DNA from: a bacterium
GTDB taxonomy: Bacteria; UBA8248
Assembly: GCA_965207065.1 (NCBI GenBank)
Contig: OZ242260.1
Location: 2,720,001-2,784,000 of the forward strand
Reading direction: 5' to 3'
DNA length: 64,000 bases
Made by a program: the position numbers and the translations under genes. A model generated the notes under the pieces. That model had not been told where the DNA came from. It was given only the letters and a program-made list of their open reading frames with translations, and did no database searches. This document shows positions 1 to 7,459 of this stretch, in pieces (positions within the stretch are counted from its first letter, which is position 1; each line of letters starts with the position of its first letter).

Positions 1-1051
1 TTTTCTTGTCCGCATTTCGAATCACCGGAACAAGCAAACCGTTTTCGGTATCCACGGCAACACCCACGTGAACATAGTTTTTGTAGATGATCTCATCGTT
101 CGCCGTATCTACGCTCGCGTTGAATTGCGGGAAGACTTTGAGGGCCGATGCGATGACTTTAATGAGAATGGCGGTTACGGTGAGTTTGCCACCGGCGGCC
201 TCTGCTTTTGGGGAGTATTTTCTTCTCAATGCGTCGAGTTCGGAAATATCGGCTTTTTCGCACTGAGTTACATGGGGGATGTTCGTCCATGCGCGAGAGA
301 GATTCACAGACGTCGCACGCCGGATGCCCGACATGGGCTTGCGTTCAATTCCTCCCCAGCGGGCGAGGTCGGGCAGTTGAACGGGCACGTTCATCAATGC
401 GGGAGCAGGCGTATCCGGTACGGCGGTACCTCCTTGCGCCGCCACGAATTCCTTGACGTCTTGCGCGGATATTCTGCCTCCAATCCCGCTGCCCGGCACA
501 TCGCTTATGTCGACGCCCGCCTCGCGAGCGATTCTGCGTACGGAGGGCGCCGCGGGCGCGGGCTCTTTTTTGCTTTTTGGTACTGGAGTTTCGGCAGCCT
601 CCGGCGCCGGCGCCTCTGACGGGGCATCGGTGGATTCCAGGGTAAATCTGGCAGGCGCGGGTTCAGTCGTGGCATCTTCGCCCGCTGTCTCTAAAGGCTG
701 CGCAGGCTGGTCTATCAGCATGGGCTGGGTTTCTTCCGGACCCATTGACTCGGCGGTGTCTGATGAGATTTCCTCAAAATCCTTCTTATCCAAAGTGGGC
801 TCCATGCTCGCGTCGCTTTCTTCGATGACGAGAATGGTTTCTCCCACTTCGGCGTCGTCGCCGGGTTTGAGATGAATTTCCGTTATCTTGCCCCCAACGG
901 ATGAGGGGACTTCAATGAGCGCCTTGTCGGTTTCCACTTCGATGACCGACTGATCCACCGCTATGGTATCTCCCACGTTCACCAAAACGGCGATCACTTT
1001 TCCGGACGTAATATTTTCCCCGAGTTCGGGGAGTTTGAGTTCGATGGTCAT
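1..1051 (-). CDS. aceF: Pyruvate dehydrogenase E2, dihydrolipoamide acetyltransferase (runs off the left edge)
   Basis: Read manually on the minus strand from ATG at 1051: MTIELKLPELGENITSGKVI...EVETDKALIEVPS (lipoyl domain), acidic linker, PAAPSVRRIAREAGVDISDVPGSGIGGRI (E3-binding domain). Lies directly downstream of aceE. Confidence 0.93.
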   Translation of the reverse strand, partial: MTIELKLPELGENITSGKVIAVLVNVGDTIAVDQSVIEVETDKALIEVPSSVGGKITEIHLKPGDDAEVGETILVIEESDASMEPTLDKKDFEEISSDTAESMGPEETQPMLIDQPAQPLETAGEDATTEPAPARFTLESTDAPSEAPAPEAAETPVPKSKKEPAPAAPSVRRIAREAGVDISDVPGSGIGGRISAQDVKEFVAAQGGTAVPDTPAPALMNVPVQLPDLARWGGIERKPMSGIRRATSVNLSRAWTNIPHVTQCEKADISELDALRRKYSPKAEAAGGKLTVTAILIKVIASALKVFPQFNASVDTANDEIIYKNYVHVGVAVDTENGLLVPVIRNADKK

Positions 1052-1072
1052 GGAACTCCCTCGGGATTTGAA

Positions 1073-3874
1073 TTAGGAAATCATCGGGTTGGTTTTTTCG
1101 GGGTCGATATCGAGGTCTTTCATCGCATTGTTCACGAGTTCGGGGTATATCTTCTTGTTACGCGCCAAGCTGTACAGAGTGGCAAGCACGATATAACGCG
1201 CGTCGATTTCAAAGAAATCTCTCAGGGAAGCTCTCGACTCGCTTCTCCCAAACCCCTCGGTCCCCAGCGAAACCATGGGCTTGGGCACCCATTTTGAAAT
1301 CGAATCGGGTGTAGCCTTCACATAGTCCGAGGCCGCCACGCAAACGCCGGGTGCGCGCGCGAGACATTGCGTCACGTAAGGGGTTTTCGGTGCGCAATCC
1401 GGGTGCAGCATGTTCCATCGCTCGACTTCGAGTGCGTCCCGCCTGAGCTCCTTGTAGCTCGTTACGCTCCAGACGTCTGTGGAAATCGTATAGCGCTTCT
1501 CCAACATTTCCTGCGCTTTGAGCACCTCGTTCATGATGGTGCCGCTGCCCAACAATTGCGCATTGAGACCCGAGTCCATCTCCGAGCGCTTGAAGAGATA
1601 CATGCCTTTCAATATTCCGTCCCGCGCCCCCTCCGGCATCGGCGGCATGGCGTAGTTCTCGTTGTAGGCGGTGAGGTAGTAGAAGATTTTCTCCTGTTCC
1701 TGGTACATCCTGCGAATTCCGTCCTGAATGATCACCGCCATCTCGAAGGCGAAAGCCGGATCGTATGTGAGCAGATTCGGTACGGGATACGCCAGATGGT
1801 GGCTGTTGCCGTCCTGGTGCTGGAGTCCTTCCCCGTTCAGAGTGGTTCTGCCGGCTGTCCCGCCGATCAGGAAGCCGCGCGCGCACATGTCCGCCGCCGC
1901 CCAAATCAGATCGCCGATGCGCTGAAAGCCGAACATCGAATAGTAGATGTAGAACGGGATGGTGTTCACGCCGTGGGTGGCGTATGCGGTTCCGGCGGCG
2001 ATGAAAGAAGCCATCGAACCCGCCTCGGTGATTCCTTCCTCGAGAATCTGTCCGTCTTGCGCTTCTTTGTAATACAAAAGGCTGTCGCGGTCGACGGGTT
2101 CATACAGTTGACCGGCGTGGGAGTAGATCCCGATTTGCCGGAACAGGGCTTCCATGCCGAATGTTCTGGCCTCATCGGGTACGATGGGAACGATGAGTTT
2201 GCCCAATCCCTCGTCGCGGAGCAGCTTGCTCAGGATTCTGACGAAGACCATGGTCGTCGAGACTTCGCGCCCGTCCGTTCCTTGCAAGAACTCCTCGAAC
2301 AAGTCGTCAGGCGGCGGCTTGAGCGGAGTGGATACGCTCCGCCTCGTGGGGACATACCCGCCGAGTTTTTCCCGCTTTTCTTTGAGGTACAGGATTTCGG
2401 GGCTATCGTCCGCCGGGCGGTAAAACGGCGCCTCGGCGACTTCTTCATCGGATATGGGTATCTCGAAGCGCGTGCGGAATTCCTTGAGTTCATCCTCGTT
2501 GAGTTTTTTCTGCTGGTGGGTGACGTTTCTGCCCTCACCACCCTCGCCCAAACCATAGCCCTTCACTGTCTTCGCGAGTATGACTGTGGGACGCTCCTTG
2601 CACTCCATGGCGGCCTGGTAGGCGGCGAACACTTTTTCGGGGTCATGTCCTCCGCGCCGCATTCTGTGGAGTTGGGCGTCGGTCATCATGTCGGCCATCG
2701 CCTGTAGCCGCGGGTCGCCGCCGAAGAAGTGCTCGCGCACGTAGTCGCCTTTTCGGAGCGTCTCGACGCTGTATTTCTGATACTGGCCGTCGACCGTCTC
2801 GTTCATCCGCTGGAGCAGGACGCCCTCGTCGTCCATATCGATGAGGGGATCCCAGTCGTCCCCCCAGATGACCTTGATGACGTTCCAGCGCGCGCCCCGG
2901 AAGGCGGCCTCGAGTTCCTGGATGATTTTCCCGTTGCCGCGCACCGGCCCGTCGAGGCGCTGGAGATTGCAGTTGATGACGAAGATCAGGTTGTCGAGCT
3001 TCTCCCGCGCGGCCAGGGTGATGGCGCCCAGCGATTCGGGCTCGTCCATCTCGCCGTCTCCCAGGAAGGCCCATACCTTCTGGCCCGTCGCGGGCTTGAG
3101 TCCGCGATCTTCCAGGTAATGGAGATAGCGCGCCTGGTATATCGCCATCAGGGGAGAGAGGCCCATCGATACGGTGGGGAATTCCCAGAAATCGGGCATC
3201 AGCCAGGGATGCGGGTAGGAGGAGAGGCCGCCGCCCTCTTTGAGCTCGCGCCGGAAGTTTTCGAGGTTTTTCTCCGTCAGGCGTCCTTCGAGAAATGCCC
3301 GGGAGTAGATGCCGGGTGCGCTGTGGCCCTGAAAGTAGACGATGTCGCCGCCGCAGGGGTCGTTCTTGCCCCGGAAGAAATGGTTGAACCCGATTTCGAG
3401 CAGCGTGGCGGCCGAGGCGTATGTGGAGATGTGCCCGCCGATAGAGGCGTCCTCCCTGTTGGCGCGCGCCACCATGGCCATCGCGTTCCAGCGGACGAGG
3501 CTCTTGATCCGCCGCTCGATATTCCGGTCCCCGGGGAAGGCTGGCTGCTTTTCCAGCGGGATGGTGTTGATATACGGCGTATTCGCCGAGAACGGGCGGA
3601 CGACGCCCGCGCGCACGGCATAAACCTGTAGATGGCGAAGGAGGGTCTTCGTTCGATCGGGGCCCCTGGTTTGCAGGACGTAATCGAGCGATTCGAGCCA
3701 CTCGTCGGTCTCTACCTTGTCGAGTTCCGTTTCAGCCTCGGGAAACGGCGCGCCCGCCGGGTCGGGCAGATACCTCGCGTCGCCGGAGTCGTCCCGCTGC
3801 GCCCCGTTCGAGGAGATGGACGGGCCATCCTCCCTTACGGGCGCTTCCCCGATATCCTGAGGATTCCTCTCCAT
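1073..3874 (-). CDS. aceE: Pyruvate dehydrogenase E1, homodimeric type
   Basis: Motifs YINTIP, GGHISTYAS, FQGHSAPGIY, GDGEMDEPES, NCNLQRLDGPVRGNGKIIQELE. Start placed at MERNPQ; exact start uncertain. Confidence 0.96.
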   Translation of the reverse strand: MERNPQDIGEAPVREDGPSISSNGAQRDDSGDARYLPDPAGAPFPEAETELDKVETDEWLESLDYVLQTRGPDRTKTLLRHLQVYAVRAGVVRPFSANTPYINTIPLEKQPAFPGDRNIERRIKSLVRWNAMAMVARANREDASIGGHISTYASAATLLEIGFNHFFRGKNDPCGGDIVYFQGHSAPGIYSRAFLEGRLTEKNLENFRRELKEGGGLSSYPHPWLMPDFWEFPTVSMGLSPLMAIYQARYLHYLEDRGLKPATGQKVWAFLGDGEMDEPESLGAITLAAREKLDNLIFVINCNLQRLDGPVRGNGKIIQELEAAFRGARWNVIKVIWGDDWDPLIDMDDEGVLLQRMNETVDGQYQKYSVETLRKGDYVREHFFGGDPRLQAMADMMTDAQLHRMRRGGHDPEKVFAAYQAAMECKERPTVILAKTVKGYGLGEGGEGRNVTHQQKKLNEDELKEFRTRFEIPISDEEVAEAPFYRPADDSPEILYLKEKREKLGGYVPTRRSVSTPLKPPPDDLFEEFLQGTDGREVSTTMVFVRILSKLLRDEGLGKLIVPIVPDEARTFGMEALFRQIGIYSHAGQLYEPVDRDSLLYYKEAQDGQILEEGITEAGSMASFIAAGTAYATHGVNTIPFYIYYSMFGFQRIGDLIWAAADMCARGFLIGGTAGRTTLNGEGLQHQDGNSHHLAYPVPNLLTYDPAFAFEMAVIIQDGIRRMYQEQEKIFYYLTAYNENYAMPPMPEGARDGILKGMYLFKRSEMDSGLNAQLLGSGTIMNEVLKAQEMLEKRYTISTDVWSVTSYKELRRDALEVERWNMLHPDCAPKTPYVTQCLARAPGVCVAASDYVKATPDSISKWVPKPMVSLGTEGFGRSESRASLRDFFEIDARYIVLATLYSLARNKKIYPELVNNAMKDLDIDPEKTNPMIS

Positions 3875-4030
3875 CGATAGGGCATCTCCCGTGGCGTGTG
3901 GCGGTGTGGATATGCCTGAATATATCACGTTCAGCCGGCGAACGGAAACGCCCCGTCCCGGGAGGCGGGGCGGTCCGGCGGGGTTGGCCGGCCGGGGAGC
4001 GGGCGTTGACCGGCGGGATGCGGCGCGGGA

Positions 4031-4060
4031 GGAAATGCGGGCAGTTGCGGGGAAATGCGC
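4031..4060. repeat. 10-bp-period triplet GGAAATGCGG/GCAGTTGCGG/GGAAATGCGC, with a second copy at about 4681-4710
   Basis: Read directly from the sequence. Confidence 0.6.
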
Positions 4061-4166
4061 GTGCGCCGAAAAACTTTTTTGGCGATGAATCTTAGTGCGG
4101 TGCGCTCAGATATATATTATAACCCTTTTGATTACAATGATTTCCGGGAGCATGGCATTTCAGCAA

Positions 4167-4205
4167 TTTATCGAAAAACCCCGTGAATTTATCGATATTT
4201 ACGGA
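4167..4205. promoter_or_regulatory. Phased TTTATCGA repeats including an 18-mer shared with the rpmE upstream region
   Basis: TTTATCGA at 4167 and 4188, TTTACGGA at 4198. TTTATCGATATTTACGGA recurs identically at 45629-45646. Confidence 0.5.
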
Positions 4206-4288
4206 TAATTGGATTATTTTCATTTTCTTCGTCATCCTTGCGCCCAAGCGCGCCTCCGCCCTCATCGAGGACCCCGGCCCGGAGCCGG

Positions 4289-4539
4289 GGCGGGGTTGAG
4301 AAAGCCCGTTCCGGAAGCGGGCGGCATGGCGGTTCACGCGGCGCGGGCGGGCGCCGCGATGGTTTTGCAGCCCGCCGTGGTCCTCCTTCGTCAGAAGGGG
4401 CGCGGTCGCCTCGGAGGGGCGCGGGGGCCTGTCCGCTGCCGTGAACCATTCGGTGATTGGCATTCCCGCCCTCGGCTCGAAACCACCCTTGACAGGGGGT
4501 GAAAGCGATGCCCCGGGCGAGGACTTTTTCAACAGCCCC
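4289..4539. mobile_element. MITE-like element with a shared terminal inverted repeat
   Basis: Left GGCGGGGTTGAGAAAGCCC (4289-4307), right GGACTTTTTCAACAGCCCC (4521-4539), internal palindrome CACCCTTGACAGGGGGTG. Confidence 0.55.
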
Positions 4540-4743
4540 GACGCGCCGGGATTCGCCGCCTTCGCTCTCGCCCCGTTCCCTGATTCCATGAGAAACCTCC
4601 GCGCTTTCCATTCCGCAGGATGCGGGAAAATCGTTTTCCGGCGCCGCGCGCACGATAGCGGAATGCGGGGTTTCAGGGCGTGTGGCAAATGCGGGGAAAT
4701 GCGGGGAGGCGCGGGGCGAGAGGAACGCGCCCGCTCCCAAAGC

Positions 4744-5066
4744 CGGGTTATTCAACAACCCCTTGTCGGGGGGGTATAAAAAGGTGTTGCGTCCCCGCTG
4801 GGTAGAGGGGGCTTTGCTTTTTCTTGACCCCCTGACAAGGGGAGGTAGGGGGGTTGGCAGGTAGCGGTTCCTCCTCGGTCGGAACCTGCTCCTCGGGAGC
4901 GCCCCATACATATATGTCCGGCCCTGCACCTGCGTTGATTCGTAAACGTGTAGCGGACAGGCCCCCGCGCCTGTCCGAGGTTGCGACCTGTCCCTACCCC
5001 CCCCCGCATCAATTCCTGCACCCCGTCCGCGTCGAACCTTCGTTCGTCGGGGATTTCAACAACCTC
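4744..5066. repeat. Composite repeat: TIR ends, CCCCTTGTC/GACAAGGGG palindromes and a GTAG-REP doublet
   Basis: TTCAACAACCCC ending at 4762, TTTCAACAACCTC ending at 5066, and GTAGCGGACAGGCCCCCGCGCCTGTCCGAGGTTGCGACCTGTCCCTAC at 4950-4997, which is related to 14462-14504 and 20011-20056. Confidence 0.65.
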
Positions 5067-5291
5067 TTGCGGGTCGGAGCCCGTGCAGGAACTCGGGAGT
5101 GTCGATTCCCCCGGCTTGACCAATCTTCGTGAATTTTGCGGTTGCGCCGGAATAGCGCTTGGCATAGTATATTTACTTGCGTCACAACACATTGCCGATG
5201 AGTTTGAAAGGGTGGTTGGCCGTTCGTATTCGTCCGGCGAACCGGTAGCTGATGATGTGGGAATTAACCAACTCTCATAAAGGAGAACCCC

Positions 5292-6407
5292 ATGAAACGT
5301 CGTGACTTTATTGCCGGGACCGCGGCAGGGACCGCCGCTGCGGTCGTGGCAGGCAGCGGGTTGGCCCGGGCGCAGAAGGCGCCCGCCGTAATGAGGAAGC
5401 GCCTCGAGATCGCCATCGTCACCACCTGGCCGCGCGATTTTCCGGGGCTCGGCACCGGAGCGCAGCGTTTCGCCAAACGGCTCCAGGATATGAGCGACGG
5501 CCGCATCAAGGTGAGCTACTTCGCCGCGGGCGAGCGCGTCGGCGCCTTCGACTCGTTCGACGAGGTGGCGTCGGGCAACGCGCAGGCCTATCACGCGGCC
5601 GACTACTACTGGAAGGGCAAGCATCCGGGTTGGGCCTATTTCACCGCCGTTCCGTTCGGCCTCACCTACACCGAGTTCAACGCCTGGATCCGTTTCGGCG
5701 GCGGGCAGCAGCTCTGGGACGAACTGGCCGCAGGGTTCGGGCTCAAGGGCGTCATGTGCGGCAACACGGGCGTCCAGATGGGCGGCTGGTTCCGCAAGGA
5801 GATCAACAGCCCCGACGACCTGAAGGGCCTCAAGATGCGTATCCCGGGCTTGGGCGGCGACGTCATGGCGAAGCTCGGCGCCTCGCCGGTATCCCTGCCG
5901 GGCGGGCAGATCTACGAGAACCTGGTCTCGGGCGCCATCGACGCCACCGAATGGGTGGGGCCGTGGAACGACGAGTTCATGAAGTTCTACGAGGCGGCCA
6001 AGTACTACTACTATCCGGGCATGCACGAGCCCGGCTCGATGCTGTCCGCGGGCTTCAACAAGAAGTTCTGGGATTCGCTCTCGAAGGCCGATCAGACGAT
6101 GATCGAGGCCGCGGCCGCCATGGAGAACGACGTGATGATGGCCGAGTACAACGCCAAGAACGGCGCTGCGCTGGCGCGGCTCACGCGCGATCAGGGCGTG
6201 CAGGTGCGCAAGTTCAACGACGACATCTACGACGCATTCGGCAAAGCGGCCGAAGAAGTCTTCGCGGGGGTGGTGACCCACAGCCCGCTCGCCAAGCGCA
6301 TCCATGAGAGTTTCGACAAGGCGCGCCGGGAGATCGGCGCATGGTCGAATCTCGCCGACCAGGCGTTCGTGGCGCAGCGCAACCGCGTGCTGGGCGTCTC
6401 GAACTAG
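5292..6407 (+). CDS. dctP: TRAP transporter substrate-binding protein, TakP-like, with Tat signal
   Basis: MKRRDFI twin-arginine leader; TTWP, GNTGVQMGGWF, KMRIPG, DATEWVGPWND; good SD (AAGGAG). Confidence 0.92.
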   Translation: MKRRDFIAGTAAGTAAAVVAGSGLARAQKAPAVMRKRLEIAIVTTWPRDFPGLGTGAQRFAKRLQDMSDGRIKVSYFAAGERVGAFDSFDEVASGNAQAYHAADYYWKGKHPGWAYFTAVPFGLTYTEFNAWIRFGGGQQLWDELAAGFGLKGVMCGNTGVQMGGWFRKEINSPDDLKGLKMRIPGLGGDVMAKLGASPVSLPGGQIYENLVSGAIDATEWVGPWNDEFMKFYEAAKYYYYPGMHEPGSMLSAGFNKKFWDSLSKADQTMIEAAAAMENDVMMAEYNAKNGAALARLTRDQGVQVRKFNDDIYDAFGKAAEEVFAGVVTHSPLAKRIHESFDKARREIGAWSNLADQAFVAQRNRVLGVSN

Positions 6408-6449
6408 GCGACCGGCGCATAGCATGACGGACCGCTACGGTTTTTTACG

Positions 6450-7457
6450 GTGACGGAAGATCGGTTGAACGAGGACGAAAGACGGCCCGGCATCGCGGAC
6501 GCGCTCTACCGCGCGTTCGCGCTGTCGCTGGCCGTGACGACGTTCGTGTTTCTCTTCAACAACTATCTGGTCTACTGGTTCGGCTGGCCGGGCGTCGCGC
6601 GCATCATGGGCGGCGCCCCGCCCGGCGGGGCCGCGGCCATGCTGGCATGGCTTCAGAGCGCCGGCTACGTCATTCCGGTCGCCGCCATCACCGTCTTCGC
6701 GCTCCGGAACCGCGAGAGGCCGTTCGCCTCGGACGCGGCGCTTCTCTATTCCGTCACCGCCTATGTTATCTCTGCGGCCTTCTGGTCGACGTTCTTCATC
6801 GGGATCGTCGACGGCGTCATATCGTTCCTGCGCGTGGAAGGCCTCCTGCCCGCGGTGTTCGGCAAGGCGCTGGCCCGGCAACTGGGCGTCTCGAGTTTCC
6901 GCGGCCTCTACGTGCACTTGCCGCTCATGCTCGCGGCGGCCGTAGTGGCCTGCTTCAGGCGGGGGCTCGATTTCATCTGGCTCGCGCTTCTCGTGGTCGT
7001 CGCCGAGTTCCAGATAGTCATCGCGCGCTTCATCTTCTCTTATGAGCAGGCGTTCATGGGCGATCTGGTGCGTTTCTGGTACGCAGCACTTTTCCTGTTC
7101 GCCAGCGCCCACACCCTGGTCGCCGGAGGCCACGTCCGCGTGGACGTGCTCTACACGCATTTCAGCGATCGGCGCAAGGCCCTGGTCAACGCGTGGGGCT
7201 CCATACTGCTCGGCGTGCCGCTGTGCTGGACCATCCTCGCCGTCGGCATGTCGGGCAAGGCGTCCGTCATCAACAGCCCGTTGCTGTATTACGAAACCTC
7301 CCAGAGCGGGTACGGTCTCTACGTCAAGTACCTGATGGCGGGTTTCCTCGCCGTCTACGCTGTGTCCATGATGACGCAGTTCCTGGCTTACTACCTCGAC
7401 GCCATGGCGGTTCTCCGCGGGCAGTCGCCGAGCCGACCCGCACACGAGCCGGCCTGA
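6450..7457 (+). CDS. dctQ: TRAP transporter small permease, long form with extra N-terminal TM segments
   Basis: GHVRVDVLY DctQ motif in the C-terminal half; hydrophobic throughout; lies between dctP and dctM. Confidence 0.85.
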   Translation: MTEDRLNEDERRPGIADALYRAFALSLAVTTFVFLFNNYLVYWFGWPGVARIMGGAPPGGAAAMLAWLQSAGYVIPVAAITVFALRNRERPFASDAALLYSVTAYVISAAFWSTFFIGIVDGVISFLRVEGLLPAVFGKALARQLGVSSFRGLYVHLPLMLAAAVVACFRRGLDFIWLALLVVVAEFQIVIARFIFSYEQAFMGDLVRFWYAALFLFASAHTLVAGGHVRVDVLYTHFSDRRKALVNAWGSILLGVPLCWTILAVGMSGKASVINSPLLYYETSQSGYGLYVKYLMAGFLAVYAVSMMTQFLAYYLDAMAVLRGQSPSRPAHEPA

Positions 7458-7459
7458 CC

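Noticed and set aside
4092-4929. Minus-strand ORFs (198 and 246 aa) in the aceE-dctP spacer as possible transposases
   Set aside because: Low-complexity R/P/G/A translations of repeat DNA with no DDE or HUH motifs.
7193-7459. Longer N-termini given by the ORF track for dctM, lspA, WYL, hisH, LipM-like, PHP and rho
   Set aside because: The extensions overlap upstream genes, the tRNA, repeats or leader structure; downstream starts fit SD sites, gene overlaps or family N-termini better.
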